From the NCBI GenBank assembly GCA_964455555.1, contig CAYVXV010000004.1, positions 7,771-71,770 of the forward strand: a stretch of 64,000 nucleotides of DNA. The letters are read 5' to 3'. This document shows positions 37,643 to 46,642 of the stretch, piece by piece. Below the pieces are notes generated by a model. That model made no database searches. It was not told where the DNA came from and saw only the letters and a program-made list of their open reading frames with translations. A program made the position numbers and the translations under genes. Numbering within the stretch: position 1 is the first letter of the stretch; each line of letters starts with the position of its first letter. This DNA comes from an uncultured Pseudomonadales bacterium (GTDB lineage Bacteria; Patescibacteriota; Microgenomatia; UBA1400; PJMF01).

Positions 37643-37853
37643 TTTTTGTTACTATCCTTTCTCTGGTTTCTACGTGTAGACGGGTGGAATTATACCGTAC
37701 TTTGATTTTTTAACAAAGCAACAACCCCGTGTTTTTCAGAAAAAATATTATATCAAATTATTATGTTTCCAGCCAGGGAGAGATTGGGGGCGGTGGTTTG
37801 GCGCTCAAGCGGACTGATATGTCAAAAAACTATTGAAAATGATATAATAATAA

Positions 37854-38750
37854 TAGTTGACAAGCTCTTTAAAAACCCGTGTGCCGGTCAAAAGCCGGCG
37901 CACCAAACAAATGGAGACTGGAAATGCGTAAGAGCATCGTCCTTTTACTCGTAGCCCTGTTAATTCTGGGCAGCGCGGCCATTGTGGCCGCGAGCGGCGC
38001 TAGCACGCCTGTATCCGATGGGGGGGTCACCCCCTACATTATTGACGGAGCGAACCACGGTGGCAATCGCACCTGCGAGGAAGTAGGCATCGCCTTTTTT
38101 GGCGACGCGAGCTACTACGAATTCAGTAGCTACCGCGTCAATTACGACGAAGGTGTCTTTGACGCCAGCTTCCCCGCTGGCCTGACGGTGGACACCGACG
38201 GCACCTACGTGTCGTGGTCGTCAACGTTCGGCATCGGCGCTGCTATAGTCAAAGGCAGCAATGACGCCAATGTCTACGTGTACGAGCCCCAGTGGCTCGG
38301 AGACAGCGGCTTGGCTGCTCCGCCCAACGCGAGCGGCAATCCGGCAGGTCTCAGCAACTTAACCTTCTGCTGGAACCCGGAGCCGGATATGGGCCAGTGG
38401 TGCTCGCCAGGATACTGGCGCCAAGAGCATCATCTGGATTCCTGGGAGGCCACCGGTTTTAGCCCGGATGACCTCTTCAGCGACGCGGTAGGGTACGATG
38501 TTACCCTCTCCACCAAGGGCGTGAAGGACGGTGCCGAAACCGATCCGACGCTCTGGGAGGTTCTGCAGTCGCCGCAATGGTACGGCGGCGGCGACTTCAA
38601 CGCAGTGGGCGATCTCCTCAGCGCTGCGCACCCTGATGTAGATTTTCAGGGTGAACGCGTCGAGGACAGCTGCCCGCTCAACTAGTGCCAGAGCAGAGGC
38701 AGGCCAAGGCGGCCTAAGCCTCTGGTTTGACACAGCCCGCTTGTCAACTA
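37854..38750. mobile_element. Putative non-autonomous cassette bounded by 12-bp inverted repeats
   Basis: TAGTTGACAAGC (37854-37865) and GCTTGTCAACTA (38739-38750) enclose a GC-rich gene; no transposase in window. Confidence 0.4.
37924..38685 (+). CDS. GC-rich secreted hypothetical protein, probably horizontally acquired
   Basis: GGAG RBS; signal peptide MRKSIVLLLVALLILGSAAIVAA; IVKG..NVYVY..LSNLTFC and CSPGYW modules; strong G/C third positions. Confidence 0.85.
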   Translation: MRKSIVLLLVALLILGSAAIVAASGASTPVSDGGVTPYIIDGANHGGNRTCEEVGIAFFGDASYYEFSSYRVNYDEGVFDASFPAGLTVDTDGTYVSWSSTFGIGAAIVKGSNDANVYVYEPQWLGDSGLAAPPNASGNPAGLSNLTFCWNPEPDMGQWCSPGYWRQEHHLDSWEATGFSPDDLFSDAVGYDVTLSTKGVKDGAETDPTLWEVLQSPQWYGGGDFNAVGDLLSAAHPDVDFQGERVEDSCPLN

Positions 38751-38779
38751 AGGCCACACCCTAACAGGTGGGGCTTTTT
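38750..38779 (+). terminator. Probable terminator after the GC-rich gene
   Basis: AGGCCACACC-CTAACA-GGTGGGGCTT then T tract (one mismatch). Confidence 0.55.
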
Positions 38780-38830
38780 CTTTGTCTGCCAACTGCTATA
38801 CTAACAATTCATAAAAATCCAGAAATAGCC

Positions 38831-39121
38831 ATGAAAACAGAATACATTCAACCCGGCATTGAAAAGGGATACGGTTATACTAGAAACGAAGAAACCGGGA
38901 TAATCCAGTTAACCAGCAAGACATTTCAGCAAATTTTTCAGTTATGCCAAGCTATGGAGGCTGGGACTTATCATATTCCTTTGGCAGAAAAAACAGTCGG
39001 GAGCGGCAGGATCAATGCAGTTACAGACCGCCTCAATGACATGGGCCTAGGCAAAAGCTTTTCTGTGATTGAAGCCTCGCACCGGCATGTGATCATAGCT
39101 TGCGTAATTGACAGCAAGTAG
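38831..39121 (+). CDS. Hypothetical protein
   Basis: 96-aa open frame with upstream TGCTATACT and downstream hairpin. Confidence 0.55.
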   Translation: MKTEYIQPGIEKGYGYTRNEETGIIQLTSKTFQQIFQLCQAMEAGTYHIPLAEKTVGSGRINAVTDRLNDMGLGKSFSVIEASHRHVIIACVIDSK

Positions 39122-39143
39122 CCGTATATTCAAAATTTCAAAT

Positions 39144-39168
39144 AAAAAATGCCCTTGCGGACATTTTT
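39144..39168 (-). terminator. Terminator after tRNA-Val, possibly bidirectional
   Basis: Minus strand AAAAATGTCC-GCAA-GGGCATTTTTT. Confidence 0.7.
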
Positions 39169-39171
39169 CTG

Positions 39172-39245
39172 TGAACTCGAGAGGACTCGAACCTCTGACC
39201 TCTTCGATGTCAACGAAGCGCTCTAACCAACTGAGCTACGAGTTC
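39172..39245 (-). tRNA. tRNA-Val (GAC)
   Basis: GAACTCG acceptor, AGCTCAGTTGGTTAGAGC D arm, CTTCG-TTGACAT-CGAAG, GGTTCGAGTCC; CCA not encoded. Confidence 0.96.
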
Positions 39246-39326
39246 GTATCTTGAGGAATGCATTATAACAATTTATTGGAAAATTGGGTAGTTGTTGATT
39301 GGCGGGTTTTGAGGCTGCCAAACAGC

Positions 39327-39983
39327 TTAGCCGCCACTCCTGGCGTTGGAGACCTCGTGATGCATCATGTCGTAAACGGTTTTGGTTTTTTCATGGCCAC
39401 CTTTGCCTTCAAAATTAAGGCCGGCACTTTGTTTGCGTTTTTTGCCCTGCATTTGAGTAGCCCAAGTCCGGGCACTGTTGACTTGTTGGCGCAGCATCAA
39501 GATAAACGACCTCAGCTGCTGGAAGAAATTTATGTAGTAAGTGCCGTCTTGGCCAGGGTTTACCACTTCTCCCATCAGGGAAACTTCAATGCTTTTATTG
39601 AATTTAGCAATATCCCGAGCCAAGAGCTTTAAATCTTCCCGCAGTGAGGCAATCTCTTTTTCAACCTGTTTTTCGCGGGCGTCAAAAAGCTCCCTTGTGT
39701 CGACAGGGTTGACCTGGTCATGAAGTTTTTTTCTTAAGGCCTCTTGTTTCTGTTTTTTCTCAAGCTGTTCCTGTTGTTGTTTTTTCCAAAAGTCATCTTC
39801 GCCCATAGGAGAACCAAGATTGTTGCCGCTCCTTGCCAATGCTTCTGAAAAAGGGTCTAGAGGAAGTGATTTGTCACTATTATAGGCTGATTTTTCGGTT
39901 TCAGCCAGCGCACGAGCGAATGGATTGGTTGCCATCCCCTGTTTAGCTTTGCCTGGTGGGTTTTTTTGCCCGTTAGTGTTCAT
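39327..39983 (-). CDS. DUF5660-like coiled-coil protein
   Basis: EIASLREDLKLLA, PG..GTYYINFFQQLRSFI..VNSARTW pattern recalled from Microgenomates proteins. Confidence 0.65.
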   Translation of the reverse strand: MNTNGQKNPPGKAKQGMATNPFARALAETEKSAYNSDKSLPLDPFSEALARSGNNLGSPMGEDDFWKKQQQEQLEKKQKQEALRKKLHDQVNPVDTRELFDAREKQVEKEIASLREDLKLLARDIAKFNKSIEVSLMGEVVNPGQDGTYYINFFQQLRSFILMLRQQVNSARTWATQMQGKKRKQSAGLNFEGKGGHEKTKTVYDMMHHEVSNARSGG

Positions 39984-40088
39984 GATGCAGCCAGCAGCAA
40001 TAAAATTACTTAAATTTGGGTAATTATAGGATTACCTGAGGAAAAAGTCAATTATTTCTTAACAAATCGTGCTGCCAAAAACCCAAGA

Positions 40089-41072
40089 TTACAGCTTGAT
40101 AAGGAAGTCAACCACTTTTTGGCGTTTGAGGGTTTGGCGGACCAAAGCGCGGTATTGTTCACTTTTCATTTGCTCGCCTCTAATCTTTTCATCCTCGATT
40201 TTGTTAATTTGTTCATCGACGTCTTTTTCATCAACCTCTATACCCTCTTTCTGAGCAATGGCGTTAAGGATAAAAGTGAGCTGAAGCCTGCCGATAGCCT
40301 CTACAGCCAGTTGAGAAGAAAGCTGCTCAAAGGTCATACCCCGCTGCTGCAGGAAGGTTTCGATGGAAAAATTCATACTCTCAAGCCTGCGGGCTAACTG
40401 GTCCAGATCGTAGCGGACTTCCTCTTTGATTAAAAGTTCCGGAATGGCCGGGCCATGCTTCTCTATCAAGCCTTGGTAGATGTGATGAAGTTCATGATCT
40501 TTTGTCTGCTCTTCTGTGGGCTCAGCTGCCACTTGTGGGGCTGATTTATCTTCTTTGCCATCCTTGCTTCCTGAATCTTGCTTGGCCGCTTTTTTGGCTG
40601 CCTCACGGCGTTCTTTGGCCTGTTCTGCAAGATGAGCAGCCGCTTCTTTTTTAGCTGCTTTAATTACTGCGACGTAACCCTTGAGTTCAATCTGAGGAGA
40701 CTCGGCTATATGGGCTTCCAGCACCCAGTCGCCGCCTTTATCTAATTTGAGCGGCTTGAATTCTGGGTGGGCAAGCGGCTCCTTCTTTTCAGCTTTAATA
40801 GCCTCTGAATACTTATCGGGGACAAGCATCTGCAAAGCCTGGTCAATGATTTCAGCAGCACCGATTTTTTCTTCTGCGAGCTTGGTTGGAGCTTGGCCTT
40901 TGCGGAAACCGGCTACTACAACTTTATTTTTCAGCTTGTTAAGGACTTTGTCGTAAGCCTTAGCTGCTTCATCGGCTGGAATGGTGATGGTTAAAATTGT
41001 GTTGGGAGCGATCGGGATTTGCTTTTCCTGCGCACTGTCTTTTTTAGGTTTGGTTTTTTTGGTTTGGGTCAT
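40089..41072 (-). CDS. tig: Trigger factor lacking the FKBP/PPIase domain
   Basis: GFRKGQAP ribosome-binding motif; C-domain IPELLIKEE..ILNAIAQKEGIEV. Confidence 0.88.
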   Translation of the reverse strand: MTQTKKTKPKKDSAQEKQIPIAPNTILTITIPADEAAKAYDKVLNKLKNKVVVAGFRKGQAPTKLAEEKIGAAEIIDQALQMLVPDKYSEAIKAEKKEPLAHPEFKPLKLDKGGDWVLEAHIAESPQIELKGYVAVIKAAKKEAAAHLAEQAKERREAAKKAAKQDSGSKDGKEDKSAPQVAAEPTEEQTKDHELHHIYQGLIEKHGPAIPELLIKEEVRYDLDQLARRLESMNFSIETFLQQRGMTFEQLSSQLAVEAIGRLQLTFILNAIAQKEGIEVDEKDVDEQINKIEDEKIRGEQMKSEQYRALVRQTLKRQKVVDFLIKL

Positions 41073-41169
41073 AACTGGTGCATTATATACTCCAGGCAAA
41101 AATTTCACAAACTCGGCTCCACTAGTATGCTACAATGGCGCTTGTTCTCATATAAATCAAAAGGAAAAC

Positions 41170-41988
41170 ATGACGGATACAGTGCTTCTCCATCATCTTG
41201 ATGATTACAAAGCCGGCGGTTTGGAATTTGCCGAAATTGCCACCAGAATTTACAACCACTTAGATCACCCCGCACAAGTTAAACTGCATGAAACATCCGT
41301 GCCTCCCCTGGACACTATGGCACTGGGTTTTGTGACCGGCCAGTTGGCTTTAGCCCCTTTTGAGGGAAAGATGTTTATCTACGGCAATTGTGCCCCCAGG
41401 AGAACAAGCGAAAAAGCCAGAAAAAACAACCGGGATCATGGCATCAAGTATGCCAAACTTAAAAACGGAGTTGAAATAATCAATGTCTGGTCTGAGTATG
41501 CCTTCGGTTTTGTAAAAGACCAGGTTGTTAAATACTATGACATTAATTGTCCAGCCGAAGGTTCCCAGTTCCGTTCCAGAGACTTTTTTCCTCAAGCAGT
41601 TGCAGAAATTATCAATGGCGATTATAGCCGGCTGGGCAAAAAATTGGACCCCGAGGACATTCCGGATATTCCCAACGATGAGGTTTCCTGGACCGACGGT
41701 TTTGGCAATATCAAAACCACTATGAGGATGTCAGATCTTGAAGCCCGGGGATTTAAGACTGGCCAGCAAGTGCAGGTAATCCTGAATGACGTCAGTATGC
41801 TCGGGGTGGTAACGGTCGGCGGTTTTCAAGTCGACCGCGGCGTATTGGCTGTGAACGCCGGCTCATCTGGTTATGACGATCCGTATATAGAGTTGTTTCT
41901 AAGAGTGCATAAAATGTCAGAAAAGCCGGCGGCGGAGCGGTTCGGCCATCCGGTCGGCGGCACAAAATTTGAAATTAAGCCGCTTTAA
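41170..41988 (+). CDS. SAM hydroxide adenosyltransferase (DUF62/fluorinase superfamily)-like protein
   Basis: SQFRSRDFFP and WTDGFGNIKT motifs, GSSG..ELF; AAGGA before ATG 41170. Confidence 0.72.
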   Translation: MTDTVLLHHLDDYKAGGLEFAEIATRIYNHLDHPAQVKLHETSVPPLDTMALGFVTGQLALAPFEGKMFIYGNCAPRRTSEKARKNNRDHGIKYAKLKNGVEIINVWSEYAFGFVKDQVVKYYDINCPAEGSQFRSRDFFPQAVAEIINGDYSRLGKKLDPEDIPDIPNDEVSWTDGFGNIKTTMRMSDLEARGFKTGQQVQVILNDVSMLGVVTVGGFQVDRGVLAVNAGSSGYDDPYIELFLRVHKMSEKPAAERFGHPVGGTKFEIKPL

Positions 41989-42059
41989 CCAAAGCTTTTG
42001 CTTAAGTACAGCTCTCCCTATAATTATTGGCGTGATACGCTATAATTTGACTCACATTT

Positions 42060-42133
42060 GGCGCAGTACCAGAGTGGTCTAATGGCTAGGTCTGCAAAAC
42101 CTCAGTTCACGGGTTCGAATCCCGTCTGCGCCT
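42060..42133 (+). tRNA. tRNA-Cys (GCA)
   Basis: GGCGCAG/CTGCGCC acceptor with U discriminator, AGGT-CTGCAAA-ACCT, GGTTCGAATCC. Confidence 0.93.
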
Positions 42134-42212
42134 CCCTAGTTAAAGTATCTTTTATCAGGTTGCCGAACAATAAGTGTGTTTTAAATCACAAAAATTGCGA
42201 TATACTAAGTTT

Positions 42213-42908
42213 ATGGCAACTTATTTGCAGAAGCACCTGGTCCCAGTCTTTTCAAAGAATCGGAAGCTGATTATTCAGATCTTTCAATTAGCAGAGCTCT
42301 CAACAATTTTTATCTGGGGTTTTGGCGGCTATCTACTAGCGCGCGATTTTCCTGAAAATTACCCAATTGTGCATAGGGTGGGAACTTGGTTTGGCCGAGG
42401 AGCGTTGATTCTGTATGTACTAACCTTGCTGCCGGGTATTATCCGCAGGGTTCAATTTTTGGTTGATGTCACTATTCCAATTGCAAGGATTTTAACAATG
42501 TTCCGCCGCCATTTAGGCATCCTGATGTTTTTACTAGTGTTTGTTCACATGGGTTTTGTGTACCTGATGCCGCTCGGGTTTACCAATCAATTATCGCTTG
42601 GAAATTTGCCGCTGGAAGTAGGGCATATTTTTGGCATCACTGCATTTATCATGCTCTTCCCGCTTTGGATTACTTCCAACGATATTTCTTTGAGGATCTT
42701 GGGACCAGTCCGCAATACTATTCACAGGTTGACCTACGTAATCCTATTCATCATCTTTCTCCACGTGTCCTTTTTTAACAAAAGTTGGGCTGTGGTATTA
42801 GGAATTCTTAGTATTGCCTTGTTGTTTTCTTGGGCTCGCCATCTGTGGCTACAGCGTTTTGGGAGTGAACAGCCGGAAAAAGCTGTTGTTGAAGATAGGC
42901 GCTCCTAA
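42213..42908 (+). CDS. Ferric reductase-like transmembrane (MsrQ-like) protein
   Basis: RRHLGI...H, LWITSN, IHRLTY...LH. Confidence 0.82.
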   Translation: MATYLQKHLVPVFSKNRKLIIQIFQLAELSTIFIWGFGGYLLARDFPENYPIVHRVGTWFGRGALILYVLTLLPGIIRRVQFLVDVTIPIARILTMFRRHLGILMFLLVFVHMGFVYLMPLGFTNQLSLGNLPLEVGHIFGITAFIMLFPLWITSNDISLRILGPVRNTIHRLTYVILFIIFLHVSFFNKSWAVVLGILSIALLFSWARHLWLQRFGSEQPEKAVVEDRRS

Positions 42909-42942
42909 TCAGAAGCACGGTCTTTTGTTACAATACAACCTC

Positions 42943-44109
42943 ATGCCGAAACAAGCTGCGAAGACCTACTATATTCACACTTTTGGCTGCCAATCCAACA
43001 AGAGCGACTCCGAGCGCATTTCCGGGGATTATGAAGCCCGTGGTTATCAGGAGGCGGAAGATTGGCGGGTTTGTGATGAGCTGGTGATTAACACCTGCGC
43101 CGTCCGCCAGCGGGCTGAAGACCGGGCAAAAGGTTTTCTTTACAACGTGGTGGTTCACTTTAACGGACTTGGCCAAAAAAGGCCAAAAATCATTTTAACC
43201 GGTTGCATGACGCATCATGGCAACGAAAAACTTTATGAAATGTTGCCCGAAGTAGATGAGATACTTCCAATCAATGAGGTTGGTTTTAACAATGCGGCGG
43301 TGCGAAAAGATAAAAAACACGCTTGGATTCCGATTTCTACCGGCTGCAATTCCTTTTGTACTTATTGTATTGTCCCCTACTCCCGCGGCCGCGAGCAATC
43401 CAGGCCGATGGCAGAGATTATGGATGAGGTGCAGCGCTTGGTGGACAGCGGCTATGAGGAAGTAACCTTACTAGGTATGAACGTAAATTCCTGGGGCTTG
43501 GAAAAGATTGGCATCGGTTTCCGCAAACTAATGATGGAAAATAAAAAGTTTACCCGCGAAGACTTGCCGGAAAATCAATCTCAATATCTTCAGCCTAAAA
43601 CCACTCCTCCGTTCGTAAAACTGCTCAGGGCAATATCTGAGTTCCCGGAAATAAAAACCATCCGTTTTTTGACAAGTAACCCCTGGGATTTTCATGACGA
43701 ACTCATTGAAGAAGTGGGCAAAAACAAAAAAATTGACCGCTACATTCATTTGCCGGTCCAGTCAGGCAGCAACTCGGTTCTTTACCGGATGAACCGCGGC
43801 TACACCCGCGAGCGCTATCTGGAGGTGGTGGCTAAGCTTCGTCAGGCAGATCCTGACATAATTATCGGCACTGATATTATTGTTGGTTTCCCTGACGAAA
43901 CCGAGGTTGAGTTTGAAGAGACGGTATCCCTGGCCAAAGAAGTTGGCTGGAAGGTAGGTTTTGTAGCTATCTACTCTCCCCGGCCCGGCACTGCTAGCTG
44001 GAGGATCTACGAGGACAATATTCCCCATGCAGAAAAAAAACGCCGCTGGGAGGTGTTGGATCAAATCATTAATAAAGACAATTTAACTATCCGTCCGGTT
44101 GTTGTTTAA
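42943..44109 (+). CDS. miaB: tRNA methylthiotransferase MiaB (no TRAM domain)
   Basis: TFGCQSN.SDSE, NTCAVR, TGC, GCNSFCTYC, HLPVQSGS, DIIVGFP; adjacent to miaA. Confidence 0.92.
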   Translation: MPKQAAKTYYIHTFGCQSNKSDSERISGDYEARGYQEAEDWRVCDELVINTCAVRQRAEDRAKGFLYNVVVHFNGLGQKRPKIILTGCMTHHGNEKLYEMLPEVDEILPINEVGFNNAAVRKDKKHAWIPISTGCNSFCTYCIVPYSRGREQSRPMAEIMDEVQRLVDSGYEEVTLLGMNVNSWGLEKIGIGFRKLMMENKKFTREDLPENQSQYLQPKTTPPFVKLLRAISEFPEIKTIRFLTSNPWDFHDELIEEVGKNKKIDRYIHLPVQSGSNSVLYRMNRGYTRERYLEVVAKLRQADPDIIIGTDIIVGFPDETEVEFEETVSLAKEVGWKVGFVAIYSPRPGTASWRIYEDNIPHAEKKRRWEVLDQIINKDNLTIRPVVV

Positions 44110-44116
44110 GGCATTT

Positions 44117-45103
44117 ATGAAAAAGATTGTCATATCTGTTGTTGGGCCAACAGCCTCGGGTAAGACCAGTTTTGCCCTAAGCCTAGCCGAGGCGGCCATC
44201 GCCGGTGGTTACCGGGGATTGGCACTTATTTCTGCTGACTCCAGGCAGGTTTATATAGGTTTAGAGGTTTTGTCGGGTGCAGATGTTCCACCTGAATTCG
44301 CGCCTGCTGTTAGCACTGACTTTTCATACCCATTTTTTGAACACGGAGCGATTTCTTTGCACGGAATATCAGTTGTGACGTCGGAACAAGAGTGGTCGTT
44401 GGCTCACTTTAAAAAACTGGCGCTGCCGGTAATTCAGGATGCCTGGTCAAATGAGGTATTGCCTGTTTTGGTCGGAGGCACTGGCCTCTATCACCGACAT
44501 TTGTTTTCCTCTGATCCTGAACTCGCTGTGCCGCCCGATGAAGGATTCCGGACTGCGGCGGAGTCAATGACCGCCGAAGAGCTGCAACAAGTGCTTAGCG
44601 AGGAAGACAGCGAGCGGCTTAAAAAAATGAATCATTCTGACCTTAATAATCCCAGGCGGCTTATTAGGGCAATTGAGATTAGCCGGGCACTTGCTATCAG
44701 ATCTCAAGAAGAATCGGGCTCGAATTTTCAAGTCCCCACTCCACAGCAGCATCATTTTGTTGGCCTCCGCTTAGATTTAGACATAATAAAAGAAAAAATC
44801 ACCCGGCGTGTGCTCGACCGCCTGGATGCCGGCGTAGTTTCTGAGGTTGAGCAGGTGTTCAACTGTGCAGAAGGCCAAAAACAACCGTCATTCTCTGCTT
44901 TGGGATTCAAAGAAGTTTTAGCACTTTCTCAAGGACAAATAACCAAGGATGAGTGTTTGGAGCACTGGAGCCGCCGGGAATTTTCCTATGCCAAGCGGCA
45001 GTTTACCTGGTGGAAAAAGGACGATCAGATTAAATGGTTTGATGTTAAGGATGAAGGCTGGAGGCCGTTGGCACTTACTTATGTGAAAAGCTTATTGAAA
45101 TAA
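44117..45103 (+). CDS. miaA: tRNA dimethylallyltransferase MiaA
   Basis: GPTASGKT, ISADSRQVY, VGGTGLY, NPRRLIRAIE, YAKRQFTW. Confidence 0.96.
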   Translation: MKKIVISVVGPTASGKTSFALSLAEAAIAGGYRGLALISADSRQVYIGLEVLSGADVPPEFAPAVSTDFSYPFFEHGAISLHGISVVTSEQEWSLAHFKKLALPVIQDAWSNEVLPVLVGGTGLYHRHLFSSDPELAVPPDEGFRTAAESMTAEELQQVLSEEDSERLKKMNHSDLNNPRRLIRAIEISRALAIRSQEESGSNFQVPTPQQHHFVGLRLDLDIIKEKITRRVLDRLDAGVVSEVEQVFNCAEGQKQPSFSALGFKEVLALSQGQITKDECLEHWSRREFSYAKRQFTWWKKDDQIKWFDVKDEGWRPLALTYVKSLLK

Positions 45104-45179
45104 GCTATACTTAATGCAGGCTTCTTCAGTTATCATTAATAGCAACTAGTAAAGCCAAACTTAAGCCTGCCCAAGCCAT

Positions 45180-46202
45180 ATGATCAAAGAACTATTTTCA
45201 AACCGGCGCACAGTATCAATTGACCCCACCAGTATTTTTCTGACCCTGTTTATATTGCTTACTCTTTACTTCCTTTATTACATCAAGGGTATTTTATTGA
45301 TGGTGTTGATGGCTTTTATAATTATGGTAGGCCTCCACCCGCTTAGCCACCTGCTCTACAAGCGATTCAAACTGCCGAAGGTTTTCAGCATCATCATGAC
45401 TTATGTTATTTTCTTAACTGTAGTAGGAACGTTTTTGGCATTTATTCTGCCTCCGTTGGCAAGTGAGCTCTATCAACTGCTCCGAATTATTGAACTGCCA
45501 GTTCTCAATGAGCAAATTAGGAACTTTAACTTTACTCTCCAGGAAATCAGTGCTATCGCAGACAAGGTCGGAAGTTCGGTTAATTTTGTTTACCAAATAA
45601 TCAACACGACATTCAGCAGCATTTTTACACTCTTTACCTTGTTGGTTATTTCTTTTTACATGATGCTCGAGCGTGATGATTTGTACAAAAAGGTTTATTG
45701 GTTTTCCAGAGATCCTGCACATCTGAAAACCGCTAAAGAGTTTATTGATTCAGTCGAGAGACAACTTGGCGGCTGGGTGCGAGGACAACTCATCCTGATG
45801 TTTGTGGTTGGTGCAATGACATATGTAGGACTGACTTTGCTATCAATACCGCATGCACTGCCGCTGGCAATCTTAGCCGGCCTGTTGGAAATTATTCCAA
45901 ATATTGGCCCGACCATCTCTGCAATTCCCGCCATTTTTATTGCTTACCTAACATTTGGGCCGCTGATGGCAGCTGTCACGCTCTTGCTTTACATCGTTAC
46001 GCAGCAGCTGGAAAATAACTTTTTGGTGCCAAAAGTCCTGGGTGCAAATGCCAACGTTAACCCGCTTACAGCCATTCTGGCTATAATTATTGGGTTGAAG
46101 GTTGCTGGAGTTGTAGGTGCCCTACTATCTATACCGATCTACATTGTCATTAGAACGGTATACTCAACCTTTTTCTATCCTAAAGCTCCTGTGGCAAAGT
46201 GA
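45180..46202 (+). CDS. AI-2E family transporter
   Basis: WVRGQ, LEIIPNIGP, QQLENNFLVPK, GVVGALLSIP. Confidence 0.92.
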   Translation: MIKELFSNRRTVSIDPTSIFLTLFILLTLYFLYYIKGILLMVLMAFIIMVGLHPLSHLLYKRFKLPKVFSIIMTYVIFLTVVGTFLAFILPPLASELYQLLRIIELPVLNEQIRNFNFTLQEISAIADKVGSSVNFVYQIINTTFSSIFTLFTLLVISFYMMLERDDLYKKVYWFSRDPAHLKTAKEFIDSVERQLGGWVRGQLILMFVVGAMTYVGLTLLSIPHALPLAILAGLLEIIPNIGPTISAIPAIFIAYLTFGPLMAAVTLLLYIVTQQLENNFLVPKVLGANANVNPLTAILAIIIGLKVAGVVGALLSIPIYIVIRTVYSTFFYPKAPVAK

Positions 46203-46233
46203 CAAATTGGGCTATAAATGGTATAATTTCAGT

Positions 46234-46605
46234 CCTTTGGAATTCGGCAATGGCCTTCTCATGCCTCGGCTGAGGGGGAGGAAAGTCCGGACAGCAGAAC
46301 AGATGGTGTTTCGCAGTGGTTTCCTATTGGAAGCTTAAGCGAAAGGTCCTGAGAGGCAGTTTTCTGCCAAACAGGATACAGTTAGAGCAACAGTGACGAA
46401 CCGGGTGGCGCCGGATGAAACGACCAAGCTTCAGGGTACCAAAGCTCATAGAGTGGCGGTGGCAATCCTCCCGGCTGCAACTGGCGAACTTCACCGAAAT
46501 GGACCTGTTCCCCTTTCTCCGCTTAGACGAAGAACGGTGATAGAGTTCCAGGCACTAGATAAATCATTGCCTTTCACACAGAATCCGGCTTATGATTTCC
46601 AGAGG
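46234..46605 (+). ncRNA. rnpB: RNase P RNA
   Basis: GAGGAAAGTCCGG and ACAGAATCCGGCTTAT (P4); P2 GGCAATG/CATTGCC; P1 CCTTTGGAATTC/GATTTCCAGAGG; TGGTATAAT upstream. Confidence 0.95.
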
Positions 46606-46613
46606 AAAACATG

Positions 46614-46642
46614 AAAAGCCCCCCGCTAAACGGGGGGCTTTT
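46614..46642 (+). terminator. Terminator after rnpB
   Basis: AAAAGCCCCCCG-CTAAA-CGGGGGGCTTTT. Confidence 0.88.

Noticed and set aside
38677-38737. Integron attC-like hairpin after the GC-rich gene
   Set aside because: GCTCAAC fits RYYYAAC, but no complementary GTTRRRY at the right spacing and no integron integrase in the window.
37643-39245. tRNA-Val 3'-end duplication (att site) bounding the islet
   Set aside because: No second copy of the tRNA 3' sequence found on the far side.
40981-41169. N-terminal extension of the SAM-hydrolase-like ORF
   Set aside because: Overlaps tig antisense; RBS and -10 support ATG 41170.
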